From contig JALVOT010000014.1 in assembly GCA_027026255.1 (NCBI GenBank), positions 23,986 through 87,985 of the forward strand: a stretch of DNA of 64,000 bases, given 5' to 3'. The position numbers and the translations under genes were made by a program. The DNA comes from a candidate division WOR-3 bacterium. GTDB lineage: Bacteria > Hydrothermota > Tepidihabitantia > SM23-42. Below, in pieces: positions 45,509 through 56,113 of this stretch (position 1 is its first letter; each line of letters starts with the position of its first letter). The notes below the pieces were generated by a model. The model had not been told where the DNA came from, made no database searches, and worked only from the letters and a program-made list of their open reading frames with translations.

Positions 45509-47738
45509 AACTTTAATATTCATCTTATTTCTTTTAATTATCAGGGGGTTCGGTGAAAATCTTAAAGATGATTTTGAATATGCAAAAACCCAATTTTTAT
45601 CTGGAAACTGGACGGTCGCTGAGGTTTATTTTAAGCATATAAAAGAGAAAGCGCATAATCTATACGGACGCTTAAGTAGATATTACCTCATTAAGATATA
45701 TCAAAAAAAGGGTGATTTGCTTAAATTAATGGATGAGGGATATCAATTTCTTGAAGGTTTTTCCTGCGATGAACATTCTGAAGAGGTATTTAAGGTAATA
45801 ATTTCAGTATTGATTGAGCGTGGTGCATACGGATTGGCATTCGACTATATTAAAAGGTTTAATGAATTCACAATAGATGATTCCGTCATTAATAAGATAG
45901 GGATGGGTTTATATAATCAAAATCCAGAAATGGCGGACAGTGTTCTTACCCGATGTATCCAGACCGATACGATTAAGATTCTCCGGGCAATGCTCCGCCC
46001 GCCAGAAGAGAGGGCTAAATTCCTTGAGTCGGTTTCTGGAAACAGGGGGCTTGTCTATCAGATTGAGAATTTGCTGCAGATGGGTGATACAATTGAGGCA
46101 TATCTAAGATATAATAAGATTATGCATAAAAGATTGGATGATGGACTTTTATACCGTTTTTGTCGGCTTGCCGCAATCTTTGAAAGTGATAGTATCAACA
46201 AATATATTAACAAATTGGCCGGGCAAAAAGGCTATAAAGAAGACGCCAACTTTATCAGCGGTTTACTGGTGGGAAGATTATATCCTGTATCCAGATTTAA
46301 TAAAGAAATATTAGATCTGCTGTTTTTACTCTTTCCCGGCGACAGTGTTGTAAAAAAAATTCCGGATGGAGTGGATATAGACACGCTTCTGGCTGACAGT
46401 TCAAATCTTATCAGGAATTTAAGAAAATTGAAGAAAGAGTATAAAGCTAATTTCAAGATTGATTCGCTGTATTGTGAGGTTCTTATTAAGAAAAAAATAT
46501 ACTCGACCGCCTACAATAATATCAAGCCCTATCTTACATATCATAATACAAAAAAATATGCCCGGTTGATAAGGGCACTCTTTTATTATCATAATCATAA
46601 TTATAAGCATAGCGCCCGGGATATTATTTTAAGCAATACCCGAAATCCTTATTGGGTTTGTTTACTTGCTAAATCCTTAGAAAATCTTTCTCTTAATCCC
46701 GTAAAATTTTATCGTCAGGCATACGACAATGCAGAGGATGATAGTCTCAGAAGGCTTGCCTTTAAGGGACTGGTCAATGCCCTATTTAAAGAGAATGAAT
46801 TCAAAGAAATTTTGAAATTCGACCGCCAGGAGTTTCTCAGTGATACCCTACTGGTGAGGATTTATATAAGCAGTCTTTTGCGGATGGGCAGCTACAATCT
46901 TGCTGATTCCCTGCTTAATGAGTTTGATTTTATCAGACTGGATTATCGACTGGCAAATTACTATGGTGAATTTTTGATTGATAATAAAATGCTCGATAGG
47001 GCAGAGGCATTCTATGATTCTATTATTGAATCTATGGATTCTTTACAACCGGAGATTTATTATAATTATGCCCGGATTGCATTTATGCAGGGCAGGCTTG
47101 ATACCGCGCAGGAACGATTCAAATATTTTGTTGATAAATTCGCCGGTAAAAAATATTTTTACAATGCCCTGTATAAGATTGCTACCATAAATTATCTCAA
47201 GCAGAATTTCGATTCTGCAGGATACTATTATGATATGGCGAGTCAGGATACAACCCTGCGTTATGACGCCTTGAAAAATGAGTTTCTCTGCTATAAAAAA
47301 TCTGGTGCCTGGAAAAGGGCATATAAAACGGCAAAGAGATTACTCGAAATTGCCCGACCTGAAGATGAGGCAGAGATATATTTTAATACAGGCTATACCC
47401 TGCTTCAGGCTGGCAGGCCTGATTCGGCTGAGAAATATCTCGGCTGTGCGATACAGAAAAAACCGACCCCGGAATATATCTACTGGCTGGCTGAGGCATA
47501 TCTGGCACAGGCTGATTTTGCTGGTGCCCTTTATCAATATCAGCGTATCGTCAAAGATTTCCCCCGGGCTGGTATGTGGTTGCCCACTGCCCGGTATAAG
47601 ACCGGACTTATGCTCGAATTTATGGGGCGGTATGCCGAAGCGCGTAGAATCTATAAGATGCTCATAAGAAAAAGGGGAGCGGACGATACCTGGTCAAAGG
47701 AAGCGAAAAAGCGTCTGCGAATTTTGAAGGAGAAGTAG
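45498..47738 (+). CDS. Secreted TPR-repeat protein
   Basis: 746 aa; signal peptide; repeated TPR-like helices (AEAYLAQADFAGALYQYQRIVKDFP...). Confidence 0.55.
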   Translation: MKIKTLIFILFLLIIRGFGENLKDDFEYAKTQFLSGNWTVAEVYFKHIKEKAHNLYGRLSRYYLIKIYQKKGDLLKLMDEGYQFLEGFSCDEHSEEVFKVIISVLIERGAYGLAFDYIKRFNEFTIDDSVINKIGMGLYNQNPEMADSVLTRCIQTDTIKILRAMLRPPEERAKFLESVSGNRGLVYQIENLLQMGDTIEAYLRYNKIMHKRLDDGLLYRFCRLAAIFESDSINKYINKLAGQKGYKEDANFISGLLVGRLYPVSRFNKEILDLLFLLFPGDSVVKKIPDGVDIDTLLADSSNLIRNLRKLKKEYKANFKIDSLYCEVLIKKKIYSTAYNNIKPYLTYHNTKKYARLIRALFYYHNHNYKHSARDIILSNTRNPYWVCLLAKSLENLSLNPVKFYRQAYDNAEDDSLRRLAFKGLVNALFKENEFKEILKFDRQEFLSDTLLVRIYISSLLRMGSYNLADSLLNEFDFIRLDYRLANYYGEFLIDNKMLDRAEAFYDSIIESMDSLQPEIYYNYARIAFMQGRLDTAQERFKYFVDKFAGKKYFYNALYKIATINYLKQNFDSAGYYYDMASQDTTLRYDALKNEFLCYKKSGAWKRAYKTAKRLLEIARPEDEAEIYFNTGYTLLQAGRPDSAEKYLGCAIQKKPTPEYIYWLAEAYLAQADFAGALYQYQRIVKDFPRAGMWLPTARYKTGLMLEFMGRYAEARRIYKMLIRKRGADDTWSKEAKKRLRILKEK

Positions 47739-47739
47739 T

Positions 47740-48216
47740 ATGAAAAGATATTGTCCATTTTTTATTTTTATAATACTTTTATTCCTTCATTGCTGTGGTT
47801 ATTCAACCCGTTCCTTATTACCTGGATATATTAATAAAATCCATATCCGCCTCTTTGAGAACAACACAATAAAACCAGGATTGGATGAACTGGCTACAGA
47901 ACAGGTTATTAACGCCTTCCAGAATGGCTCTAATCTGAAAATCACTGATGAAGCAAGGGCTGATCTTCTCCTGGAAGGAAGGGTTTCGAAATTTAACAAA
48001 GAACCTTACACCTATACCGCAAATCAGGATGTCATTGAATATAAAATAACAATCGGATTTACCGTGCGCTGTGTGGACCGGGTTAAAAATAGTGTCTTCT
48101 GGGAAGGGACGGTGTCTGATTGGGCACTCTACTCAACCGAGGAGGATGCAGGGATAAAAAAGGCGATGAAGAAGGTTGCGGAAAGATTGGTGACTACGAT
48201 TTTAACCAACTGGTGA
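47740..48216 (+). CDS. Small lipoprotein, LptE-like
   Basis: 158 aa; signal peptide with Cys; overall similarity to LptE-type lipoproteins is weak. Confidence 0.35.
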   Translation: MKRYCPFFIFIILLFLHCCGYSTRSLLPGYINKIHIRLFENNTIKPGLDELATEQVINAFQNGSNLKITDEARADLLLEGRVSKFNKEPYTYTANQDVIEYKITIGFTVRCVDRVKNSVFWEGTVSDWALYSTEEDAGIKKAMKKVAERLVTTILTNW

Positions 48217-49061
48217 TGAAGGGATTGATGAATATTGGTTTACCAGAACATAAAAGTAAAGACTTTGAAGATTTTTTACTCAGGGCAATCGATTTTGAGA
48301 CCGGTAAACCCTTATCACCGGCAAGAGACAGATCTGTTGATTATTATATAGAGCAGGGTGATGAAAAATACTTTTTTTCGTATTATAAAGATGCCCTTAA
48401 ATGCTACGCCCTTGCCCTTAAGAAAGAACCCGGCACAATACAGGCCTGGGCTGGTCAGATAAGATGCCTGCTCGATCTGGGCCTTTATGCTTCAGCATTA
48501 TACTGGGCGGAAAGGTCTTTAAATCTATGTAGAGATAATACCCTCTTGGAATGTCTGACTGCGCTCTGCCTCAGCTTTACAGGTAATGATAAAAAGGCTG
48601 AGGAGATCATCAACCGTCCGGTAAAGGAATCAGATTCTGCAATGGTCTGGCTGATAAGGGGCGAGACATTGATAAAGTTTAAAAGGCATAGTTTCTTATT
48701 TCCCCGGCGCCATAATATCGGTCCACTCGGTGCCTTCTTCTCATTTCTGAAGGCGCTTGAGCCAGACCCCAAGGATGGTTTAATAAACCAGCGCATCGGG
48801 ATTGCCTATTTAAGGCAAAATTATCTTATGAGAGCGTTTGAGCATCTCCGTCTTGCCCTCATCGCCGCCCCCCAGAATCCACTCACGCTGTATCATCTTG
48901 CAGAATACTATCGTCGTAAAAAAAATTATCGCTATGCACGATTTTATGTTAAGAAGTCTATAGCATTCAACCTACATCTTGATTCAGCAATTGAACTTCT
49001 GCAGATTTTATCCAGCCCGATTGTCAAATTTAAAGAAAAGTTGGGTTTGGTTTTTTTATAA
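48216..49061 (+). CDS. TPR-like helical repeat protein (start refined to ATG 48216, overlapping upstream stop)
   Basis: ORF-track start 48120 overlaps the previous gene by 96 nt; ATGA overlap at 48214-48218 is the usual coupled start. Confidence 0.5.
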   Translation: MKGLMNIGLPEHKSKDFEDFLLRAIDFETGKPLSPARDRSVDYYIEQGDEKYFFSYYKDALKCYALALKKEPGTIQAWAGQIRCLLDLGLYASALYWAERSLNLCRDNTLLECLTALCLSFTGNDKKAEEIINRPVKESDSAMVWLIRGETLIKFKRHSFLFPRRHNIGPLGAFFSFLKALEPDPKDGLINQRIGIAYLRQNYLMRAFEHLRLALIAAPQNPLTLYHLAEYYRRKKNYRYARFYVKKSIAFNLHLDSAIELLQILSSPIVKFKEKLGLVFL

Positions 49062-49072
49062 AGGAGAAAACG

Positions 49073-51043
49073 GTGAGGAAAAAATTGGTTGCAATTAACG
49101 ATTTATATAAGATAAAGTTTTTAAGGGAAATCACTCTCGCCCCATCCGGGGACAGGATTGCCTATACAGTAGAATGGCTTGACTACAAAAAAAATACTTA
49201 CTACTCAAACCTCTATGTTGTTGACCTCAAGGCAGGGGTGCGCCATTATATCAGGGGTAATAAGAAGATAAGAAGCCTGCGCTGGTCACCGGATGGTAAA
49301 TTTATTTCATTCATTATGTCGGAAAAAGAGAGTCAGCATATCTGGTTGATACCGGTTGATGGTGGTGAACCATTCTCCCTTACCAGTGTCCCGGGCTCAT
49401 TTGGAAAATATGTCTGGACACCGAACAGCAGATATATAATCTGTGAATTCACCAAACATAAGGAGGATAAAGAGAGAATCCCTGAAAAGGGTAAACCACC
49501 ACTATACTACTATATAAAAAGACCCTGGTATAAACTCGATGGCAGGGGTATACTCCCGGAAGAGAAACCACATATCTGGCGGGTGCATACAAAAACCGGC
49601 GTAATGAAACAACTTACATCCGGTAAGAATGGAGATACCTCTCCTAATATTTCTCCCGACGGTAAAAAGATTGTCTTCGTATCCAATCGCCGGGAATCAT
49701 TTGAAGAGAAACTGCTCTATACTGATATCTTTGTTGTTGATATTGAAGGTAAAAAAGAAATGAAGATAAAGACCCTGCCCGGGCCCAAGGCGGCGCCATT
49801 TTTCCTGCCCGATAATGAAACGATTGTCTATGTGGGAAGAAAATATCCGAATGACTATGCCGGATGGCGTAATGACTATATCTGGGCAGTGGGGATGAAA
49901 AAGGGGAAGGTGGTGAATCTTACTGCTTCTCTGGACCGCACTGTTTCGGACCGGGTGATTGATGATCTGGGTCATCCTGAGGGAGATGAACCAAAGCCGT
50001 CCCGGGATGGCAAAAAAATATTCTTTGCCGCAACTGATTATGGAAATACAATACTCTATGGTGTCTCTGTCAAAAAGAGAAAGGTATTTAAATATTATGA
50101 TGAACCGGGAAGGGTGTATGCTTTTGATTATGATGGAAAAGAAACTTTTGTTATTGCCCGTTCTACGCCAACCGACCCCGGTAATATCTATCTGTTGAAA
50201 AATGGTAGGTCACAAAAATTGACCGACATCAACAGAGATTATCATCAGAGCCATCGCATTGCAAGTCCTGAGGAGATTCGATTCACCGGTTTCAAGGGAA
50301 GGGAGATACAGGGCTGGATATTAAAGCCCCCTGATTTTAATAAAAACAGGCGATATCCTTTATTGGTTCAAATTCATGGTGGACCACATTTTAGCTACGG
50401 CAATTCATTCTTCCATGAATTTCAGGTGCTTGCGGCAAATGGTTATATCGTATTTTACTGTAATCCCCATGGCAGTATCGGTTACGGTGAAGGATTTGCT
50501 GAGGAATTGCACAATAGATGGGGGATACCTGATTCACAGGATATATTGAAGGGTATTGCAATACTTAAAAGGCGGCGATACATTGATCAGAAAAGACTCG
50601 GGGTTATGGGGGGAAGTTATGGAGGTTTTATGACCAACTGGCTTATCGGACATACCGATATCTTCAGGGCGGCGGTCACGATGCGCAGTGTTGTTAATAT
50701 GCTTTCGTTCTTCAGCTCAGATTTCGGGTTTTCCTTAGCAAGGGAATTTAAGGGTTTATGGTGGCATCCAAAGAATTTTAAATTTTACTGGAATATGTCG
50801 CCGATAAAATATGTTGCTAAGATAAGGACTCCATTGCTCATTGTTCATTCTGAACAGGACCACCGCTGTCCAATAAGTCAGGGGGAAGAACTTTTTGTCG
50901 CCTTAAAATTGTTAAAGCGGGAAGTTGAGATGCTGCGTTTCCCTTCAGAATCCCATGGATTGTCCCGACATGGTTCACCCCGGCGCCGGGAAAAGAGGCT
51001 TGAATTCATCCTGAAATTTGTTGACCGATATTTAAAAAAATAG
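49073..51043 (+). CDS. S9-family serine peptidase (prolyl oligopeptidase/acylaminoacyl-peptidase type) with N-terminal beta-propeller
   Basis: 656 aa; nucleophile elbow GGSYGG; C-terminal Asp/His region; AAGGAG SD before GTG. Confidence 0.8.
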   Translation: MRKKLVAINDLYKIKFLREITLAPSGDRIAYTVEWLDYKKNTYYSNLYVVDLKAGVRHYIRGNKKIRSLRWSPDGKFISFIMSEKESQHIWLIPVDGGEPFSLTSVPGSFGKYVWTPNSRYIICEFTKHKEDKERIPEKGKPPLYYYIKRPWYKLDGRGILPEEKPHIWRVHTKTGVMKQLTSGKNGDTSPNISPDGKKIVFVSNRRESFEEKLLYTDIFVVDIEGKKEMKIKTLPGPKAAPFFLPDNETIVYVGRKYPNDYAGWRNDYIWAVGMKKGKVVNLTASLDRTVSDRVIDDLGHPEGDEPKPSRDGKKIFFAATDYGNTILYGVSVKKRKVFKYYDEPGRVYAFDYDGKETFVIARSTPTDPGNIYLLKNGRSQKLTDINRDYHQSHRIASPEEIRFTGFKGREIQGWILKPPDFNKNRRYPLLVQIHGGPHFSYGNSFFHEFQVLAANGYIVFYCNPHGSIGYGEGFAEELHNRWGIPDSQDILKGIAILKRRRYIDQKRLGVMGGSYGGFMTNWLIGHTDIFRAAVTMRSVVNMLSFFSSDFGFSLAREFKGLWWHPKNFKFYWNMSPIKYVAKIRTPLLIVHSEQDHRCPISQGEELFVALKLLKREVEMLRFPSESHGLSRHGSPRRREKRLEFILKFVDRYLKK

Positions 51044-51049
51044 TGTAGT

Positions 51050-51559
51050 ATGCAGATTCTGGCAATCCTGGGTCTGGTGTTTGTAATTTATATCATCTGG
51101 AAATACTGGGCGTTGTGTGTTGGTGCTGGATACGACCCAACCCCAATGGATAAGGTTCACAAGATGTTGAAACTGGCACAGGTAGAACCGGATGATATAG
51201 TCTATGATCTGGGCTGTGGTGATGCGCGTGTTCTTATTACCGCCGCAAAGAAGTTTGGTGCTCGCGGCTGCGGCATTGAGATCGACCCTTTTCGATTTTT
51301 TTTCGCCTGGTTTCTTGTATTTATTTCCGGTTGTCTCAATCGAATAAGTATCAGGTTTGGTAATTTTTTCAAAAAAGATATAAGAGATGCTACGGTTGTT
51401 GTAGTTTTCTTATATGGACCAACAAATAATCGATTGAAAGAAAAATTTTTAAAGGAACTCAAGCCCGGGACAAGGATAGTATCTTATGTCTGGAGGTTTG
51501 ATGACTGGGAAGAAAGAGACGCCCTGCCTGATGATAGGATATATCTTTATGTAATCTAA
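51050..51559 (+). CDS. Class I SAM-dependent methyltransferase-like protein
   Basis: 169 aa; motif I VYDLGCGDARVL. Confidence 0.5.
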   Translation: MQILAILGLVFVIYIIWKYWALCVGAGYDPTPMDKVHKMLKLAQVEPDDIVYDLGCGDARVLITAAKKFGARGCGIEIDPFRFFFAWFLVFISGCLNRISIRFGNFFKKDIRDATVVVVFLYGPTNNRLKEKFLKELKPGTRIVSYVWRFDDWEERDALPDDRIYLYVI

Positions 51560-51736
51560 TCATTGCATTAGAAAAAAATGAAGTTAAAAGGTTGGGTGGT
51601 TGTGAAAAAAAAATCAATCATTCGGGCATTCTGGGTTTGCCCCCGGTTACTTTTTTCTCATTCGGATTCGTAAAACTCCACTCCGATATACCGAATGCCC
51701 CCCCCCTATTTTTAACACCTGAATTTTCCTTTTATG

Positions 51737-51764
51737 TTGACATTCATTGGAAATTGGTTATTAT
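51737..51764 (+). promoter_or_regulatory. sigma70-type promoter (TTGACA, 16 bp, TATTAT, 13 nt to ATG 51778) for the trehalose synthase gene
   Basis: Boxes read directly; supports the internal ATG as start rather than ORF-track 51592. Confidence 0.5.
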
Positions 51765-51777
51765 AATAGTAGTTATT

Positions 51778-53961
51778 ATGGTCAAATTGATAATTGTTTC
51801 CAATCGCTTGCCGATTACCGTTGTAAAACGGGAAGGAAGATTAAAATTTAATCCCAGTGTTGGTGGACTGGCAACCGGACTTGAATCTTTTTATAAATCG
51901 TATAACAGTATCTGGGTAGGCTGGCCGGGGACGGCGGCGGAAAGAATAAAAAATGAGAAAGAACAGATATACGAGAGATTGACGAAAGATAATTCCTATC
52001 CGGTGTTTTTGAAACAACATGATATTGATTTATATTACCACAGTTTCTGTAATAAAACAATCTGGCCCCTTTTTCACTATTTCACCCAGCATACAAGCTA
52101 CAATAAAAAATCCTGGCAGGCATATAAACGGGTAAATGATATTTTTTGCAAAGAGGTCTTGAAAGTCGCCCGTGCTGAAGACAAGATATGGGTTCACGAC
52201 TATCAATTGATGCTATTGCCGAAGATGTTAAGGGAAAAATTACCCGAGGCGACAATCGGTTTTTTTCTTCACATTCCTTTTCCATCTTCTGAGGTCTTCA
52301 GACTTCTTCCCTGTAGAAAGGAGATTATTGAAGGTATTCTCGGTGCCGACCTTGTCGGCTTTCATACCTATGACTATGTGCACCACTTTATTGAATCGAT
52401 AAGAAGATTATTGGGTTATGAATTCAGTCTTGGCCAGATTGCCGCCCTGAATCGTATCATAAGGGTTGATGCATTCCCCTTAGGAATTGACTATGAAAAG
52501 TATGCCCGGGCCGCTGATAGCCAATCGGTCCAGAATGAGATTAAGAAGATAAGAAAAAAGGTGGGGGATAGGAAGATTATTATTTCTGTGGACCGCCTCG
52601 ATTATACAAAGGGCATTCCTCAGCGTCTTGAGGCATTCGAATATTTTCTTGATAAATATCCTGAGTATCGTGAAAAGGTAACTATGATACTTGTTGCAGT
52701 ACCCTCCCGCACCGGGGTCGAGCAGTATGCCCAGTTAAAAAGGAGTGTTGATGAATTAATAAGTCGCATAAATGGCGAATATGGAACCCTGAGCTGGATG
52801 CCCATCTGGTATCTTTACAGATTTCTTCCATTTCACAACCTGATTCCTTTATATCGTATCGCAGATGTTGCTCTTATTACACCCTTAAGGGATGGGATGA
52901 ACCTTATTGCCAAGGAATTTATTGCGACCAAAACTGATAAAAAAGGTGTTTTAATATTGAGTGAGATGGCGGGAGCAGCAATGGAGCTTGGGGAGGCGAT
53001 TATTGTAAACCCCAATAACAAAGAAGAGATCGCCCGGGCAATAAAAACCGCCCTTGAGATGCCGGCGTCGATTCAGATAAAAAATAATGAAGTGATGCAG
53101 CAGCGATTGAAACGCTACAATGTTGAACGCTGGGCAAATGATTTTATGGATAGGCTCTATCATATTAAGAAGATTCAACAGGACCTCAGTGCCAAAAGAT
53201 TTACACCAAATATAAAGGCGAAATTATTGGAAGATTATCAGCATAGTAAAAAAAATCTTATCCTGCTTGATTATGATGGAACATTGATTGAGTTTGTAGA
53301 ACAGCCGGGGCAGGCAAGACCCGACAATGATGTTCTCGGTTTACTCAGGCTTCTTACTGAAAAGAAGAAGAATGAAGTTGTCATTACCAGTGGTCGGCAA
53401 AAAGATATCTTAGATGAGTGGTTTCATGGATTACATCTAAATTTTATTGCCGAGCACGGGGTCTGGATAAAAAAGAAGAATAGTAACTGGCAATTGATTG
53501 AACCCCTGCGGAATGATTGGAAGGAACAGATAAGGCCAATCCTGGAATTATATGTTGACCGCACCCCGGGTTCACTTATCGAAGAAAAGGAATTTTCCCT
53601 GGTCTGGCACTATCGGAAGGCGGACCCAAAGCTTGCGGCAATCAGATTGGGTGAATTGAAGGATGCCCTTATGCATCTGACTGCAAACTTTGATCTTGGG
53701 GTGCTTGAAGGAAGTAAGATTATTGAAATAAAAAATATGGGGATAAATAAAGGAAGGGCGGTATTGCAGTGGTTAACCGAGATAGACTGGGATTTTATCC
53801 TTGCGATCGGTGATGACTGGACCGATGAGGATACATTCGCAATCTTACCCGAAATTGCCTATTCCATCAAGGTCGGGCTGGGGATATCAAAGGCAAAATA
53901 TAGTATTCCATCCCCACAGGAGGTCAGGAATTTGTTGCATGAACTGGTCGTCAAATATTAA
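51778..53961 (+). CDS. Bifunctional trehalose-6-phosphate synthase / trehalose-6-phosphate phosphatase (OtsA-OtsB fusion)
   Basis: N-terminal GT20 domain (HDYQLMLLP; HIPFPSSEVF); C-terminal HAD phosphatase (LLLDYDGTL; GDDWTDED). Confidence 0.8.
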   Translation: MVKLIIVSNRLPITVVKREGRLKFNPSVGGLATGLESFYKSYNSIWVGWPGTAAERIKNEKEQIYERLTKDNSYPVFLKQHDIDLYYHSFCNKTIWPLFHYFTQHTSYNKKSWQAYKRVNDIFCKEVLKVARAEDKIWVHDYQLMLLPKMLREKLPEATIGFFLHIPFPSSEVFRLLPCRKEIIEGILGADLVGFHTYDYVHHFIESIRRLLGYEFSLGQIAALNRIIRVDAFPLGIDYEKYARAADSQSVQNEIKKIRKKVGDRKIIISVDRLDYTKGIPQRLEAFEYFLDKYPEYREKVTMILVAVPSRTGVEQYAQLKRSVDELISRINGEYGTLSWMPIWYLYRFLPFHNLIPLYRIADVALITPLRDGMNLIAKEFIATKTDKKGVLILSEMAGAAMELGEAIIVNPNNKEEIARAIKTALEMPASIQIKNNEVMQQRLKRYNVERWANDFMDRLYHIKKIQQDLSAKRFTPNIKAKLLEDYQHSKKNLILLDYDGTLIEFVEQPGQARPDNDVLGLLRLLTEKKKNEVVITSGRQKDILDEWFHGLHLNFIAEHGVWIKKKNSNWQLIEPLRNDWKEQIRPILELYVDRTPGSLIEEKEFSLVWHYRKADPKLAAIRLGELKDALMHLTANFDLGVLEGSKIIEIKNMGINKGRAVLQWLTEIDWDFILAIGDDWTDEDTFAILPEIAYSIKVGLGISKAKYSIPSPQEVRNLLHELVVKY

Positions 53962-55225
53962 AAAAATATTTTTTATTTTTCTGATTTTATTTTTCAGTAG
54001 CTGTTTTCAGGAAAAGAAACACCTTACATTTATGGTGGGTGGTGCCCCAAATGAGGTTGATTACTGGGAGAAGTTGATTAAAGAATTTTATAGAAAGACC
54101 CATATCAAGGTGGAACTGATTAGACAACCAACTGATACAGATCAGAGACGTCAGGGTCTGATTATTCCTCTGCGGGCGCATAAATCGGCTCCGGATGTCT
54201 TTCTGATGGATGTGGTATGGGTTGCTCAATTTGCAGGTTCTGGCTGGCTCTTGCCCCTTGATGCATTTATTAAAAAGGATAAAATCAATCTCGGGAATTT
54301 CTTCTCGAGTATTATCAATCAGGTTGATAGGACAGAGCAGGGTCTTGTCGCCCTGCCGGTTTATAATGATTGTGGTCTTTTGTATTATCGTAAAGATTTG
54401 CTCGACAAATATGGATTATCGGTTCCCGGGACCTGGAGCGAACTGGTGACAAACGGTCTTCGGGTTCAAACCGAATTGCGCAAGGAGAACCCAAAATTTT
54501 ATGCGTTTGTCTGGCAAGGTGCCCAGTATGAGGGATTGGTCTGCACATTTTTAGAATTTGCGACTTCATTCGGCGGTGGACTTTTAGATTCAGTCGGGAA
54601 TATCACAATCGACAGAAATGAGAATATCAATGCCCTGAAATTTATGTATGACCTTATTCATACTTATAAGATTTCTCCACCCAATACATACACCGAAATG
54701 AAGGAGGAGGAGGTGCGACAATTTTTTGAAAGTGGTAATGCACTTTTCGAAAGAAACTGGCCCTATGCCTGGGGAATGCACAACCGTCTGAGCTCTCCGG
54801 TTAAAGATAAAGTGGGGGTCAGTCAGTTACCCAAGTATCCTGGTAAGAGAAGGGCATCAGCCCTGGGCGGCTGGCATATCGCAATTTCTAAATATTCTGA
54901 CTGTCCGGATAAGGCCTGGGAGCTTGTAAAATTTATTATTTCTTATAATACCGAGAAGGCATTGGCACTTGACTTAGGCTGGAATCCCGGGAGAAGCGAT
55001 TTATATGATGATGAAGAATTGAAAAAAGGGATCGCCCATATTACAGTATTAAAACGGGCATTTGAAAATTCCGTGGCCCGTCCTACATTGCCGTATTATA
55101 CAGGTATTTCCGAGATTCTTCAGCGGCATCTTAACGGGGTGATTGCGGGTCGGGAAAAACCAGAACAGGCGCTACACGATGCCCAGGCTGAGGTTGAATT
55201 GGTTGTTAAGAATTATAGTGAATAG
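53939..55225 (+). CDS. ABC transporter sugar-binding protein (family 1 solute-binding lipoprotein)
   Basis: Signal peptide with lipobox-like FFSSC from ATG 53939; the ORF-track N-terminal extension overlaps OtsAB. Confidence 0.7.
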   Translation: MNWSSNIKKIFFIFLILFFSSCFQEKKHLTFMVGGAPNEVDYWEKLIKEFYRKTHIKVELIRQPTDTDQRRQGLIIPLRAHKSAPDVFLMDVVWVAQFAGSGWLLPLDAFIKKDKINLGNFFSSIINQVDRTEQGLVALPVYNDCGLLYYRKDLLDKYGLSVPGTWSELVTNGLRVQTELRKENPKFYAFVWQGAQYEGLVCTFLEFATSFGGGLLDSVGNITIDRNENINALKFMYDLIHTYKISPPNTYTEMKEEEVRQFFESGNALFERNWPYAWGMHNRLSSPVKDKVGVSQLPKYPGKRRASALGGWHIAISKYSDCPDKAWELVKFIISYNTEKALALDLGWNPGRSDLYDDEELKKGIAHITVLKRAFENSVARPTLPYYTGISEILQRHLNGVIAGREKPEQALHDAQAEVELVVKNYSE

Positions 55226-55243
55226 AAGATTTATAAATAAAGG

Positions 55244-56113
55244 TTGAAAATGAATAATAAGGGTAGAGATGCCCTGCTCTTTATCCTGCCTCTGATATGC
55301 TTTGTAATTCTCTTCATCCTTATTCCCGTTATCGGGACTCTCTTAAACAGTCTGCGGCAGGATGTTTCTTTTATGCCCAAAAGGTTTATTGGTTTTACAA
55401 ATTTTGTAAGATTATCTGCTGACCAGAAGTTCTGGCAGTCGGTTCTCTTTACCCTTGTCTTTCCTGCAATCTCGGTTTTTCTGGAGATGGTCTTTGGAAT
55501 GGTCATCGCCATTACCCTGAATCAGACTTTGAAACTGCGTGGTCTTTTGCGGGGTATTGCACTCATACCCTGGGCAATACCCGGGGTGATTAGTGCCCGT
55601 ATCTGGCAGATGATATATCGTTATGATTATGGACTTGCAAATTATCTATTAAAATTTGTCGGGATTGGACCGGTTAACTGGTTGGGTAGTTCAAGTGGTG
55701 CATTCTTGTGTCTGGTTATGGCAGATGTCTGGCGTACTACACCATTTGTGGCAATAATACTCCTGGCGGGGCTTCAAGTTATTCCCACCGAATTGTATGA
55801 GCAGGCAAAGGTGGATGGTGCCGGTCCGATTAAGAGATTTCTTTACATCACCTTACCTTTGCTCAGTCCGATTATTATCGTTGCCCTTATCTTCAGGACG
55901 ATCGATGCCTTAAGGGTATTTGACATAATTTATGTCCTGACCGGGGGAGGTCCGGGTGGGGCAACTACTTCACTTTCAATCTATGGATACCGATTTTATC
56001 TTCTGGGCGATTTCGGCTATGGTTCAGCAATTTCCGTAATGCTCTTTATCTTCGCATTAATCTTTGCATTGATCTTTATTAAGGCAGGAAAATTCGGAAG
56101 GCTGTCGGTATGA
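55244..56113 (+). CDS. Sugar ABC transporter permease (MalF-type)
   Basis: 289 aa, 6 TM; EAA loop EQAKVDGAGPIKRF. Confidence 0.85.
   Translation: MKMNNKGRDALLFILPLICFVILFILIPVIGTLLNSLRQDVSFMPKRFIGFTNFVRLSADQKFWQSVLFTLVFPAISVFLEMVFGMVIAITLNQTLKLRGLLRGIALIPWAIPGVISARIWQMIYRYDYGLANYLLKFVGIGPVNWLGSSSGAFLCLVMADVWRTTPFVAIILLAGLQVIPTELYEQAKVDGAGPIKRFLYITLPLLSPIIIVALIFRTIDALRVFDIIYVLTGGGPGGATTSLSIYGYRFYLLGDFGYGSAISVMLFIFALIFALIFIKAGKFGRLSV

Noticed and set aside
48120-48215. N-terminal extension of the TPR ORF
   Set aside because: Overlaps the LptE-like gene by 96 nt; the ATG at 48216 forms the usual stop/start overlap.
51592-51777. N-terminal extension of the OtsA/OtsB ORF
   Set aside because: Contains the promoter hexamers (51737-51764); the OtsA homology begins at MVKLIIVSNRLP from ATG 51778.
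53801-53938. N-terminal extension of the sugar-binding protein ORF
   Set aside because: Overlaps the OtsAB C-terminus; the signal peptide starts at ATG 53939.
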